Below are positions 1 to 10,459 of a stretch of DNA of 64,000 nucleotides, one piece after another (position 1 is the first letter of the stretch; every line of letters starts with the position of its first letter). Origin of the DNA: a bacterium (GTDB lineage Bacteria; UBA8248); NCBI GenBank assembly GCA_963692865.2, contig OY843592.1, forward strand, positions 2,048,001 to 2,112,000, read 5' to 3'. A model generated the notes under the pieces. It saw nothing but the letters and a program-made list of their open reading frames with translations. It did not search any database and was not told the DNA's origin. The translations under genes were made by a program, and so were the position numbers.

Positions 1-1
1 G

Positions 2-76
2 GAGGAGAAATTTGGAAGTGATGAGGACAGAATTCGCCTGGCGATACTCAGAGGCGTAAAAACGGGAAAACGATAA
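2..76 (+). CDS. possible 3' end of a gene entering from the left edge
   Basis: Open frame EEKFGSDEDRIRLAILRGVKTGKR* ending at TAA 74-76; too short to assign. Confidence 0.3.
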   Translation, partial: EEKFGSDEDRIRLAILRGVKTGKR

Positions 77-133
77 ATGATAATTCAACTCAAGAACGCG
101 GGCTTCTCGGTTTTCCCGAGGAAATTTGCTCGC

Positions 134-1411
134 TTATGCCCGCACCCTCCAGACGAGCAATACCGCAATGAGCCGACTGGCCGCCATCGCCGTGAACACC
201 CAGAACCACCCGTTTGAAATCGCCAGAGACAGCCATCCGAAGAAAATGGCTTGAAGAGCGCCATAAATATACCCGTGAGCATCCAACACGCCGGCCGCCG
301 TTCCGGCGAGCCGCCTGCCGGCCAGGTCTACCCCCAGCGCCTGCACGGTGGACATGTTGACGCAAAACCCGCCGACGATGAGTAAAATGACGGCAAGCGG
401 GATGTTGTCTGCAGGCGCATAGGCGATTCCCATCATCGCGGCTGCGCTCAGAAAGGCCGCGAGTATGATGACGATGGAGCGATTGCTTTTGAAGAATCGA
501 TCGGAAATGATTCCCCCGAATATGGGTCCGAAAAGATACCCCAACGGGTAGGCGAAGGTCAGCAAACCCATTTCTTTCAGATTGAACCCACCCGCCTGAG
601 CGTAATACAGAGGCGCCCATGAGACGACGCCATAGCGAACCACGTTGTCCAGTCCTTTTACGTGGCACGCCAAAAAGAAGCGCAGATTTGTCATCAGGTG
701 AAAATACGCCTTCAGTCCATGTTCACTCCCGCTGCCCGCCGCTTCTGCTTCGCGCGATACTTCGTCCGACTCCCTGTACTCGGGGAGATTCAGTTCAGCA
801 GGCCGATCCTTGGCGATGAAATAAAAGATGATTCCCAAAACGGCGATGATCATCGGAGGGTAGCGAATCGCGGCCCTCCAGCCGTATTGCGACGCCGACC
901 AGGGCACGACGGCCCAAACGATGAGGAGCGCGATGCCCGCAGCCGTTCCTACGAGTCCGATCGCCTGGCCCCGCTCGCGCCTTGGCCACCACTGCGCCAC
1001 CAGCCCGAGTCCCGGCCCCCATGTCGCCGCGTTCACGAAACCGACCACCGCCCAGGGTATGGCGAGTGTGTTGATGGAGTTTCCGAAACTCGCGATGAAA
1101 TTGAATAAGGAGGTAGTGATGGCGGCGAATAGAATGGTGTTTTTGTAGCCTACTCTTTCCGCAATCCTGCCAAAGACCAGATCACCGAAAGCAAAACCCC
1201 AGAACATCCATGAATTGATCCATCCGGTATCGACTCGCGTGATGCCCAAATCCTGGATGACCGCGTATTGCACAAGACTGAAGTTGAATCTGCCCAGGTA
1301 GTTGAAGGCATAGAAAACGCAAAAGGCGATGAGAATACGCCATTTCCACCGGTGAAACTCAGGCGGCAGATCATGATATTCGACCTGGGCGGCGCTTCTT
1401 CGATCATTCAT
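134..1411 (-). CDS. MFS transporter (GlpT/UhpT-like organophosphate:Pi antiporter family)
   Basis: About 12 hydrophobic segments; YAFNYLGRFNFS, WWPRRERG and GGIISDR motifs. Confidence 0.85.
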   Translation of the reverse strand: MNDRRSAAQVEYHDLPPEFHRWKWRILIAFCVFYAFNYLGRFNFSLVQYAVIQDLGITRVDTGWINSWMFWGFAFGDLVFGRIAERVGYKNTILFAAITTSLFNFIASFGNSINTLAIPWAVVGFVNAATWGPGLGLVAQWWPRRERGQAIGLVGTAAGIALLIVWAVVPWSASQYGWRAAIRYPPMIIAVLGIIFYFIAKDRPAELNLPEYRESDEVSREAEAAGSGSEHGLKAYFHLMTNLRFFLACHVKGLDNVVRYGVVSWAPLYYAQAGGFNLKEMGLLTFAYPLGYLFGPIFGGIISDRFFKSNRSIVIILAAFLSAAAMMGIAYAPADNIPLAVILLIVGGFCVNMSTVQALGVDLAGRRLAGTAAGVLDAHGYIYGALQAIFFGWLSLAISNGWFWVFTAMAASRLIAVLLVWRVRA

Positions 1412-1553
1412 GGTTGGGGGGTTGTTTCTGCTGAGCCGAAACGCTGTCTGAAGTGCGATTTCATTTTCGCCATCTCTGGATGTCTCGGAGTTTGCAAGAA
1501 AGTTTGCTCATAATATATGACGAATCGAAGCAATCGATGATTTCCCAATTTGT

Positions 1554-2819
1554 CTATCTTTCAAATTCCAACAGATGATAGTTCTTTTTCCCCTTCCGAA
1601 GCAGGATGTATTGACCGAACAAAGTATCATTGGCCGACAGCGTGCTCGTCTCGGCGCTGACGGGATGATTGTTTGCATAGATGCCGCCGCCCTTCAGGTC
1701 TTTTCGCGCGAGGGATTTCGACTTGCAAAGTCCGGTTTCCACCAGAAGATCGATCAACGGATACGGCGGTGCTCCCGATTTCCGAGTTCTCGGTATTTCC
1801 TCCGCTAGTGAGAGCAAATCATTTTCCTCGATGTCATCGAGTTGAGCGCCAAAAAGAATCCTGGCGGCGCGCTCCGCGCTGCGCGCCGCGGCGGCGCCGT
1901 GTGCGAGCGTCGTCAACTCCTTCGAGAGGCGGCGTTGTCCTGCTCGTTTCTCCGGTGATTCGAGGTGTTCTTTCTCGATTTCATCAATCTCGTCTAGTGG
2001 CAGAAAGGTGAAGTATCGTAAAAACCTGCCGACGTCCCTGTCGTCCGTCTGAATCCAGTATTGCGAGAATCGGTATGGACTGGTTCGCTTCGGGTCCAGC
2101 CAGATATTTCCTTCTTCCGTTTTGCCGAATTTCCTGCCGTCGGAAGTCGTGATTAGCGGGAAGGTCATTCCGAATGCGGGTTTCCCGTGAACGCGCCGGA
2201 TAAGTTCTATCCCCGCCGTGATGTTGCCCCATTGATCGGAACCGCCGATCTGCATGGCGCAATTCTCTTTTTCAAACAGCTGGAGAAAATCATACGCCTG
2301 AAGCGCCATGTAGCTGAACTCGGTGTATGAAATCCCTGCATCGGCGATGCGTGATTTCACCGACTCTTTCGCCATCATGTAGCCGATGGAAAAGTGCTTG
2401 CCCACGTCCCGGAAAAAATCGATGAGGCGGACTTCATTCAGCCACTCCGCGTTGTTCACCATGAGCGCGGAATTCGGGCCCGCATCGAAATCCAAGAACT
2501 TTTCGAATTGAACTCTGATTCCCTTGAGGTTGTGTTTCAGAACTTCGGCGTCCAGGAGGTTTCTCTCTTCCGATTTGCCCGAGGGATCCCCAATCATCCC
2601 GGTCCCGCCGCCGATGACCGCAATGGGCCGGTGGCCCGCGCGCTGAAAGCGCATGAGCCCCACGATGGGGATCAGATTCCCAATGTGCAAACTGTCTGCG
2701 GTGGGGTCAAAGCCGCAATAGAGGCTCATCGCGCCTTTTCGTAATGCGCCCGTCATTTCCGCCTGGTCCGTGTGATCGTGGACCAATCCGCGGCGTTTCA
2801 GTTCATCGAACAGATTCAT
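1554..2819 (-). CDS. tyrS: tyrosine--tRNA ligase
   Basis: YCGFDPTADSLHIGN, QIGGSDQWGNI, KFGKT, C-terminal S4-like LRKGKKNY; start set at MNLFDELK. Confidence 0.97.
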   Translation of the reverse strand: MNLFDELKRRGLVHDHTDQAEMTGALRKGAMSLYCGFDPTADSLHIGNLIPIVGLMRFQRAGHRPIAVIGGGTGMIGDPSGKSEERNLLDAEVLKHNLKGIRVQFEKFLDFDAGPNSALMVNNAEWLNEVRLIDFFRDVGKHFSIGYMMAKESVKSRIADAGISYTEFSYMALQAYDFLQLFEKENCAMQIGGSDQWGNITAGIELIRRVHGKPAFGMTFPLITTSDGRKFGKTEEGNIWLDPKRTSPYRFSQYWIQTDDRDVGRFLRYFTFLPLDEIDEIEKEHLESPEKRAGQRRLSKELTTLAHGAAAARSAERAARILFGAQLDDIEENDLLSLAEEIPRTRKSGAPPYPLIDLLVETGLCKSKSLARKDLKGGGIYANNHPVSAETSTLSANDTLFGQYILLRKGKKNYHLLEFER

Positions 2820-2973
2820 GGGCGCTCCCACGGTGTTCTTGTTGTATTTCAAACGGCTTGAAAATGGTTCCCCATCGAGAATGCTATCCTCCAGCCGATA
2901 TTGTATCTTATCCGATATATATCAGGAGAGAGGGTCGGCTGAAAGTTGCGCGCCTGTTTTCGGGATGATCGAG

Positions 2974-3720
2974 ATGATGCTTCGCTTTGATTTTCGCGGC
3001 AAAAAAGTGCTATTGACCGGCGCCACGGGAGACGTGGGCAAGGCGCTCGTTCAGGGATTTCTGGATTCGGGCGCAAAACTCGCCGCCACGGGGCGGAATC
3101 CAGAGAAACTGCGCCTCATCGAGGGTTCTGAGGAGATGCTGAAAAAATTGTCCTGTGATTTCGAGAATTTCGCTGACGTGAAAACCATGCTCGAGGAAGC
3201 CATCGCATGGCTGGGTGGATGCGACGTCTTCGTTCACACTGCGGCGGACATGCTGGTGAAAGACCCGCTCTCGCTTGATGAATCCGATTGGAGGCGCGCA
3301 CTGAGAGTGAATCTCCTGGCGCCTTATTTTTGCATTCAAGGCGCGATGCCTGCGCTCATGAAGTCTCCGGCGGGGCGGATTATCCTGTTCGGCTCGGGGG
3401 CCGGAAAATCCGGGGGACTGGGCCATAATCTCACGTATGGCGCTTCGAAAGGTGGTATTTTGGCCATGACGTTCAATCTGGCTCGTGAGCTTGCGAAAAC
3501 CAGTGTGACTGTGAACTGCCTCGTTCCCGGGCCGATTGACGGGCCGTTGATGCGGGAATTTGGAGAGGAGTTGTACAACAAAGCGTTGGCGAAACACCCG
3601 ATGGGAAGGTTTGCAAAGGCTTCGGAGTTGTCGCCGGCCACTTTGTTTCTTGCGAGTGAAGAAGCCGCGCATATCACCGGAGAAGCACTGGACGTGAACG
3701 GAGGGTATTTTACGGATTAA
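2974..3720 (+). CDS. SDR family oxidoreductase (FabG-like)
   Basis: TGATGDVG, YGASK, ITGEALDVNGG; start approximate. Confidence 0.9.
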   Translation: MMLRFDFRGKKVLLTGATGDVGKALVQGFLDSGAKLAATGRNPEKLRLIEGSEEMLKKLSCDFENFADVKTMLEEAIAWLGGCDVFVHTAADMLVKDPLSLDESDWRRALRVNLLAPYFCIQGAMPALMKSPAGRIILFGSGAGKSGGLGHNLTYGASKGGILAMTFNLARELAKTSVTVNCLVPGPIDGPLMREFGEELYNKALAKHPMGRFAKASELSPATLFLASEEAAHITGEALDVNGGYFTD

Positions 3721-3792
3721 GGGGTTGCGCGCAGTATACAGAGGCGAGACGCCATGATCTTTTCAAGAGGATATCGAGTGTAGGAGTCGACT

Positions 3793-4761
3793 TTGCACGA
3801 TAAAACATCAGGAAATGAAGAATCGGGACTGAGAGCAGTTGAAATCGAAGGGGTGTCCCTGCATCTGAGCGGGCGCACCGATTCCGACCAAGCGTGGATC
3901 GGTCAGACGGAGGTGCTGCGCCAGCTTCTGGCCTGCTGGATGATCGTAGCGGAGGAGGACTTTTCTCTTTCTCCGAGAATTATCGGCCCCCCCGGCATCG
4001 GGAAGACGACGCTGGCGATGGCGGCGGCGCGGGAGAGAAAGCAGGAATTGTTCATATTTCAGTGCACCTCCGATACCCGCCCGGAAGACCTCTTGATCAC
4101 GCCCGTCCTGGCGGAATCGGGGAAAATCGCCTATCACGCATCCCCTCTTGTTACGGCCATGATGCGAGGAGGCGTCTGTGTGCTGGACGAGGGAAACCGG
4201 ATGAGCGAGAAAAGTTGGGCCTCACTGGCTCCGTTGCTCGATCATCGCCGCTATGTGGAGTCCATCGTTGCCGGCGTCACGATAAAGGCGCACCCGGATT
4301 TCCGCTGTTGCGTAACGATGAATGAAGATGCCTCGACATACGAGGTGCCCGATTACATCCTCTCGAGGCTCCAGCCCACACTGGGGCTTGAGTTCCCGAA
4401 CAAAAAAGATGAAATGGCCATCCTGAAGTACCACTTGCCGTTCGCTCCGGGCGAGATGTTGGCCTTGACGGTGGAGTTCTTGCAGGAGGCCCATGAACTG
4501 GACCTGGAGTATTCTCCCCGGGACGGGATCCACATTCTGCAATTCGCGCTCAAACGCCTTGCGCAGGACCCGGAGCATCCGCTCTCTCAGGACGAAGCGT
4601 GGCGGGAGGCGCTCGCCAAGGTTTTGGGAGATGACGCGTTGGACCTGAAAAGACTTGCGCAAAAAAGACGGCAAGCACTCGGCGACGAACTTCCGCCGCT
4701 TGATTTCGGCGATATTTTCTTTGGAGGCGACAGCCCCTTGCGCCCGGATCGAGACGATTGA
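3793..4761 (+). CDS. MoxR-type AAA+ ATPase
   Basis: Walker A GPPGIGKT, Walker B VLDEGNR, HPDFR..TMN. Confidence 0.88.
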   Translation: MHDKTSGNEESGLRAVEIEGVSLHLSGRTDSDQAWIGQTEVLRQLLACWMIVAEEDFSLSPRIIGPPGIGKTTLAMAAARERKQELFIFQCTSDTRPEDLLITPVLAESGKIAYHASPLVTAMMRGGVCVLDEGNRMSEKSWASLAPLLDHRRYVESIVAGVTIKAHPDFRCCVTMNEDASTYEVPDYILSRLQPTLGLEFPNKKDEMAILKYHLPFAPGEMLALTVEFLQEAHELDLEYSPRDGIHILQFALKRLAQDPEHPLSQDEAWREALAKVLGDDALDLKRLAQKRRQALGDELPPLDFGDIFFGGDSPLRPDRDD

Positions 4762-4764
4762 TTC

Positions 4765-6738
4765 ATGGGTGAAAAAGATTTCCTGAACATCACCGATCGG
4801 ATCAGCGTACTGCCCGTCATCCATGGGTCGGGAGACTTCGCCGTCGAAGTGCGCGACAGGATTCTGAAACTCGATCCCGACTGCGTTGCGATTCCGTTGC
4901 CGCCGTCTTTTCAGGATGAGGTGGAAACGGGCGTAGACGGGCTCCCATACGTTTCCATGGTGTCGGTGAATGAAGACGCCACGTCATATCTCAGTGATGA
5001 TAAGGCGCTTTTTGACGAGGGGTGGGAGCAGGAGCAACCGCCCGGAGATAGTCTGGACGCTGAAGATGAGTTGCCGACGGATGAAGCAAATCTGTCTTCT
5101 TACAACTATGTGCCGATTGACCCTTGCCAACCCGTGATTTCCGCTCTCCGAGCGGCGATGGGGGAGCGTATCCCCAGAATCTTTGTTGATATGGAAGTGG
5201 AGCGTTTTCAGCCGGATATCCAAACGCTGCCGGATCCGTATGCGCTGAAAAATGTGCCGATGGAAGCTTTCGCCGCATCGCTTTTGACGGCGGCTCCCAA
5301 GCCCTCTGCATCTTCGCAGCGCGCCGCGAGAATTCGCTGGATGGCCGACGCTCTTCTCGAACTCGAAACACGGTACCAGCGCATCGTCTTTGTATGTTCT
5401 GCGATGGATTGGCCCTGGATTCGCTCGGACTGCCTGGAAGGGCCATCGAGAGACGAGAAATTGTTCGAGTTCCACTCGGGCGCGTCTCTCAACCCGCCCC
5501 GAAGGTTTGGGGTATCGGAAGATACCCTGGCTTTCCTGCTGGGGGAGTTTCCCTATCTGACGTATCTGTACGAGAAAAAACGCGAAGAACTCTTGGGTGA
5601 CTCTAACCTTTCGATTGACGGCGTCAAGGAACTCCTCCTGGAGGCAAGAACGTCGTGGTTGAGCGAACATCGGCCCGCGCAAAACTGGGTGACGCCTCAA
5701 CGACTCCAGGTATTCCTGCAATACGTCCGGAATCTGACGCTCCAGGGCAAGAGGCTGACGCCGGATTTATTCACTCTCGCCCTCGCCGCCAAGCAGACAG
5801 CGGGCGATGCCTTCGCCTTGTCTCTATTGGAAGTCGCGCGAAAATACCCCTATCAGCGCGAAGCCCCCGAATTGGGGGAAGATGATTCTGTCCATGTAGG
5901 CGTGGATCGTGCGGTATTCCCTGACGGGGATGTCGGGACGCTCAAGAGCCGCCTGGGCGGTTCTGCCGTCGTCTGGAGGAGGATTTCCCTCAAGCCGAAG
6001 CCCACGCCGTTTGAAAAACGCGAATGGGCCCAGAGATGGAATCCCTTCGGCATGTGTTCCTGGCCGCCGGAAGATGACGCCATAGAGAGCTTTCATACCC
6101 ATGTGCGTGAGCAGGCCAGGGCGCTATTGGGGGAAGACCTGGCTCGCACCGAAAAATTCACGACGTCGATAAAAGACGGACTCGATATCAGGGAAACGCT
6201 CCGCAACTGGCATACGGGCGACCTCTATGTAAAGGAAATTCCCCCCGCGCGGGGAAATCTGGAGGTCGTCGTCTTTTTATTCGATACGCCCGCCGACGCC
6301 GAGAAGTATTCCTGGCGTACGATGTGGTACGCCGAACATGACGAAGAATCGACGCTCTGCATCTATGCGACTCCGTTCGAGAACAATTTGGTGGGACCGG
6401 GCATCGCGGAATCGCAATACGGCGGGGCGTTCTTTGTCTTTCCTCCCCGTCATATCGAGGACGTCTGGCGGGATCCGCGCTTTCGCTACACGCAGACACT
6501 GGAGGAGCGATTGATCGCAGGGGCGTGTTTTCATTCGAGAGAGCGGTTCATCGCTCTGGTGAGTCCAAAGCCGCCCGATTCTCGCTGGCGTCGGATTGCG
6601 CGGCAACACAATAAACATTTGATTCACATTCCCATTGGCCGGTTTTCTGGAGAGACCATCGCCCGAATCCGTCGGTTTCATGTTCTGAGCGGAAAAAACA
6701 TCAGGAGCTACGCCGCTCGATTCATACGGGAAATGTAA
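4765..6738 (+). CDS. large hypothetical protein, probable MoxR partner (TraB/YehM-like N-terminus)
   Basis: 657 aa, starts 3 nt after the ATPase stop; PVIHGS..PDCVAIPLP and LDIRETLRNW motifs. Confidence 0.75.
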   Translation: MGEKDFLNITDRISVLPVIHGSGDFAVEVRDRILKLDPDCVAIPLPPSFQDEVETGVDGLPYVSMVSVNEDATSYLSDDKALFDEGWEQEQPPGDSLDAEDELPTDEANLSSYNYVPIDPCQPVISALRAAMGERIPRIFVDMEVERFQPDIQTLPDPYALKNVPMEAFAASLLTAAPKPSASSQRAARIRWMADALLELETRYQRIVFVCSAMDWPWIRSDCLEGPSRDEKLFEFHSGASLNPPRRFGVSEDTLAFLLGEFPYLTYLYEKKREELLGDSNLSIDGVKELLLEARTSWLSEHRPAQNWVTPQRLQVFLQYVRNLTLQGKRLTPDLFTLALAAKQTAGDAFALSLLEVARKYPYQREAPELGEDDSVHVGVDRAVFPDGDVGTLKSRLGGSAVVWRRISLKPKPTPFEKREWAQRWNPFGMCSWPPEDDAIESFHTHVREQARALLGEDLARTEKFTTSIKDGLDIRETLRNWHTGDLYVKEIPPARGNLEVVVFLFDTPADAEKYSWRTMWYAEHDEESTLCIYATPFENNLVGPGIAESQYGGAFFVFPPRHIEDVWRDPRFRYTQTLEERLIAGACFHSRERFIALVSPKPPDSRWRRIARQHNKHLIHIPIGRFSGETIARIRRFHVLSGKNIRSYAARFIREM

Positions 6739-6852
6739 TCCTAGCGTATTGCTTGAGAAGTGAGAAAATAGGGAGTCAAGTTGTTCCACATTTGTTAGAC
6801 TCAAAGAGTCGTTCCACTGAAAACAGCCTACTCCCATGAAGGAGTTCAAAAA

Positions 6853-7188
6853 ATGGACGTGCAGGAACTATTCGCCAGATTTCCCGAAATACCAGCGGAT
6901 TTACATGCAGAGGAAGTGATGGCTCGATTCGCCGAGGTTTTTGGCGAGCCTCTCTCCATCGCTCAAAAGCCCTCCGCCTGCTCCACGGAGTACGACGCCG
7001 GAAACCACTATTATATGAAACTCATCAACCCGATAGGCATATACCGCCTTGGATTGATGAAACGCGAGATGCTGCTCTCACAAATTGCCGGACTGGTCGA
7101 AAAACAGCAGACGGACCCGAGCTTTGTTGAAACGCTCGCGCCGCCCGACGTCGTGGCGAAAGAGATCAGGGGTCCCGGCTGTGGATGA
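6853..7188 (+). CDS. hypothetical protein with C-terminal GPGCG
   Basis: RBS AAGGAG upstream, 111 aa, followed by a hairpin. Confidence 0.75.
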   Translation: MDVQELFARFPEIPADLHAEEVMARFAEVFGEPLSIAQKPSACSTEYDAGNHYYMKLINPIGIYRLGLMKREMLLSQIAGLVEKQQTDPSFVETLAPPDVVAKEIRGPGCG

Positions 7189-7206
7189 TAATAGCCATCG
7201 CAGCGG

Positions 7207-7246
7207 TCCCCCTCGTCTATTACGCCGTGGATGAGGGGATTTTCTT
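7207..7246 (+). terminator. probable intrinsic terminator
   Basis: TCCCCCTCGTC...GATGAGGGGA stem followed by TTTTCTT. Confidence 0.5.
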
Positions 7247-7287
7247 CGTGAGTCGGAAGTAGTCGATTCACGATGCGGGTCTGATAT

Positions 7288-8214
7288 ATGTATACGATCT
7301 CCAAAGTCGATCTTGCGGGCGCATTCGCCAGGGAGTTCCTTGACGCACCGGTTGAAGCGGGAATCATCGGCGTGTTTCGCAGAAGTTTGTATGTGGAGAA
7401 TGCTTCCGGGCGGCTCGCGTGCGTCGGGGAGGGGGGAATCGGGCCGGGGCCGTTGAATGCGCTTTGTGAATTCCCGGACGACGTTGATTTCACGCAATAC
7501 CTGGAACCGGGAAGCCCTGCCGAAGTCCGGGATGGCTGGATGCGGCTCGGCCCCCGGATGAGAGTCGATGTATCCCGCCCGATGGCATGGGAGCCTGAGC
7601 CGATTCCGGTCGGGTGGGATTTGGCGTTTTTTCTGGAAAATCTCCCGTTTCTCGCTCAATGGATAGCCGGGACGGGGCCTCGGGAAGGCCTGGCCCCGCT
7701 CATCGCGCAGGTTGTGAGCGGCGGGGAAATTGCGAGTGAGGACGCGTTTCAAAAAATCTCCCGAGAGGGAATCGCAGATTTCGCTCATTGGCTGTCGGAT
7801 TCGCTCAATGGTGAGGGAAATCATGAAATTCCCGCCGCCGCCCGCAGGCTGGTAGGCCTCGGTCATGGGCTCACGCCGTCGGGGGACGATTTCTGGTGCG
7901 GCGCGATGTTGGCGTTGCGCGCGCTGGGCTTCACGGACATCCTGGAAAGAGTCTCAGGCGCCGTCTTGAAACAGGCGGGAGAGCGGACGAACAAGATCAG
8001 TCGCGCGCACCTGGAGTGCGCGGCGGCGGGGCAGGGAGCGCAGGCCCTGCATGAAACGATTTCGGCGGTGGGGGTGAGGGATGAAGCGCGTTTGCGTTCC
8101 GCCTTGCGCGCGCTGGACGGGATAGGGCATACCTCGGGCCGGGATTCCCTGGCCGGCGTCGTGCGCGTTATGGTTTCGGCGGCGGCGCAGAGGAACCACC
8201 GTGTTTTGGCATGA
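7288..8214 (+). CDS. DUF2877 / AllH (YlbF)-like protein
   Basis: GLGHGLTPSGDDF and GHTSGRD motifs. Confidence 0.85.
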   Translation: MYTISKVDLAGAFAREFLDAPVEAGIIGVFRRSLYVENASGRLACVGEGGIGPGPLNALCEFPDDVDFTQYLEPGSPAEVRDGWMRLGPRMRVDVSRPMAWEPEPIPVGWDLAFFLENLPFLAQWIAGTGPREGLAPLIAQVVSGGEIASEDAFQKISREGIADFAHWLSDSLNGEGNHEIPAAARRLVGLGHGLTPSGDDFWCGAMLALRALGFTDILERVSGAVLKQAGERTNKISRAHLECAAAGQGAQALHETISAVGVRDEARLRSALRALDGIGHTSGRDSLAGVVRVMVSAAAQRNHRVLA

Positions 8215-8233
8215 ACTTCCTGGAGCGTGATTC

Positions 8234-9109
8234 ATGAGCAGGGTGGCCGTGTTGGGAGTCGGCGCCATCGGCGGCGTGTTCGGGGTCCGGCTGTGCCGGT
8301 TGGAGAGGCACGACGTTACGCTGTGCGTGCGCAGGCCCATCGAGGAGCTCGTGGTGGAGACGCCTGATTCCGTCATCGAATCCAAGGTGAAGTGCGTCAC
8401 CTCTCCCTCGGAGGCGGGCCCCGTCGACTGCGTTCTCCTGGCGGTCAAGGGGCACCAGGTGCCCGACGTCGCGGGTTGGCTGGAGGCGCTGGTTGGGGAC
8501 GATACCATCATCGCCGTTCTGCAGAACGGCGTGGAGCACAGAGAGCGCGTGGCGCCTTACGCCGGGGGGGCGGAGGTCGTTCCCGTCGTGGTGAACTGTC
8601 CGGCGGACAGGCTGGCGCCCGGCCATGTGGCGCAGCAGGGAGGCGCCCGGCTCGTTCCCGAAGACGGCCCCGGCGCGAGATTTCTCGCCGCGCTGTACGA
8701 GGGAACGGACGTGCCCGTGAAGCCGACTCCCGACTTCACGACCGCCTCGTGGGCGAAGTTGTGCAACAACGTCGGCGCGGGCCCCGCCACCGCGCTCACG
8801 GACAGGGGCAGGGGCGTGCTGCGCGAGCCGGGCGTCGCCGAGTTTTGCCGGGGACTCGTGCGCGAATGCGCCGCCGTGGGAAGGGCCGAGGGCGCGGAAC
8901 TGGCCGATGACGTCGCCGAGCGGACGGTCGAACGCTTGCAGGACGCCGACCCCGAGGCGACCACCTCCATGCTCGTCGACAGGCGCGCCGGACGCCCCGT
9001 CGAGGCGGACGTCATGACGGGCGCGGTCGTTCGAATCGGCGCCGGACACGGCATCCCCACGCCCCTGACTACGGCGGCGGATGCGCTGCTGCGCGCCGCG
9101 AACGCCTGA
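8234..9109 (+). CDS. panE: 2-dehydropantoate 2-reductase (ketopantoate reductase family)
   Basis: GVGAIGG, LAVK, LQNG, WAKL..N, TSMLVD...E motifs. Confidence 0.85.
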   Translation: MSRVAVLGVGAIGGVFGVRLCRLERHDVTLCVRRPIEELVVETPDSVIESKVKCVTSPSEAGPVDCVLLAVKGHQVPDVAGWLEALVGDDTIIAVLQNGVEHRERVAPYAGGAEVVPVVVNCPADRLAPGHVAQQGGARLVPEDGPGARFLAALYEGTDVPVKPTPDFTTASWAKLCNNVGAGPATALTDRGRGVLREPGVAEFCRGLVRECAAVGRAEGAELADDVAERTVERLQDADPEATTSMLVDRRAGRPVEADVMTGAVVRIGAGHGIPTPLTTAADALLRAANA

Positions 9110-9543
9110 CCTCCCGCCCGCGAAAAGGGCGATTTTTCTCATAACCATATATATATCAATAAGATAAATTTTCAGTTTTTTACCGAAAAACATCGTGAAT
9201 TTATACATATTTATCCAATTTTTCAGGAATTCCGAATCCACCGTTTTCCTCCCGCCCCGGGGCCGTTGCGCCGCCTCGCTCCCGTCCGCGGGAAAAGACG
9301 GCTTGTGAGGTTCGGCCCGCATCGGGTCTTCCCCCTGAGAGGGCCGCCGGGACGACGCCCCGGCGGGAGAGAATCCGCCCGCTCCGCCTCCGTGGAGGGG
9401 CCGGACGCCTCGCCACCATACCGGAACGCCCGCCCGGCGCGGGAAGCGCAAATGCGGGGAAATGCGCGCGAGGTCGAACACGGCCCGGAAGGGAGGTCCG
9501 CCCCTGCATTCGTCATTCGAGGGGGCGCACAGGGACTGCATAC

Positions 9544-9981
9544 GGAGTTGTTGAAAAAGCCTCCCGGCGGGGTAAAGGCGCCCCCCCTGCCCCCCCCCTT
9601 GCCAGGGGTCAAACGCGAGTGAGGAGAGGCTGTTGGAAAAACCCTCTCCGCCTCACCCTGATTAGCGGCGAAGCCGCGTATCGAAGGGCGAAGTCCGCGC
9701 CTGCGGGTGTCAAACACGATTGATGAATGGGTGTCTGACGCGACCGAGAAGGGAGCGATTGCTCGGGATGACGCGCCCGACGGGCGCCCCCCCTCCTCGG
9801 TCGGGATTGGTCCGTAGGGGTCGCATATCATGCGACCCGGCCTTTTTTCGCCTCTCCGGCGACGGGCCGCATATTATGTCGGACATATATGTCCGACATA
9901 CAAAACCAACCCCCGACAAGGCGGCCAGAGCAGGTTGCTCCCATGGGATTTTCCCGTCAATGGGGCTTTTTCAACGGCCCG
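9544..9981. mobile_element. MITE-like mosaic with GGGGYTGTTGAAAAA-type ends and REP-like cargo
   Basis: Left ends at 9544 and 9626, right end TTTTTCAACGGCCCG ending 9981; internal palindromes recur in other intergenic loci. Confidence 0.7.
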
Positions 9982-10027
9982 GACAAGGGGGGGTAGGGGG
10001 GGGATTTTGCGGCGGCGGCCTTTTTTC

Positions 10028-10211
10028 CGTCATTCCGGCGTCGGAACCGACCGAGGAGGGAGGTCGAACCCGATTGATGAATGAGGGTTCGTCGGAATCC
10101 ATTTTACGCCTTTTGCCTCTCGTCGGGGTTCTCGCGCATCGGCGGGGAAGAAAACGCCGCCGTTCATTCACTCGCATCCGCAAATGGATTCCGGCTTTCG
10201 CCGGAATGACG
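10028..10211. repeat. inverted doublet of CGTC-type REP palindromes (CGTCATTCCGGCGAAAGCCGGAATCC)
   Basis: Close paralog, spacer included, at about 15288-15415; left arm interrupted by an insert at 10040-10093. Confidence 0.85.
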
Positions 10212-10459
10212 GCGGCGGTCCATTCCGGGGGAGGAGGGGGTGTTGAAAAAGCCTCACAGAGGGAGCGCACCGAATTTCACTCCCCCCTTGAGGGGGTTGT
10301 TGAAAAAACCGGACAGAGACAATTTGTTTGTAGGTCAGACATATATGTCTGACCTACAAACCTCTGCGAAACGAAACGCAGGGGCGGACCTGTGTGTCCG
10401 CTCGACACCGGAACAGGGTCTTTCAACAACCCTGACAAGGGGGGTAGGGGGGCTCTCTT

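Noticed and set aside
7174-7194. C-terminal C-G-U selenoprotein (TGT GGA TGA TAA TAG)
   Set aside because: The downstream hairpin has a T tract and looks like a terminator; there is no motif evidence that the TGA aligns with a Cys, so it is treated as a stop
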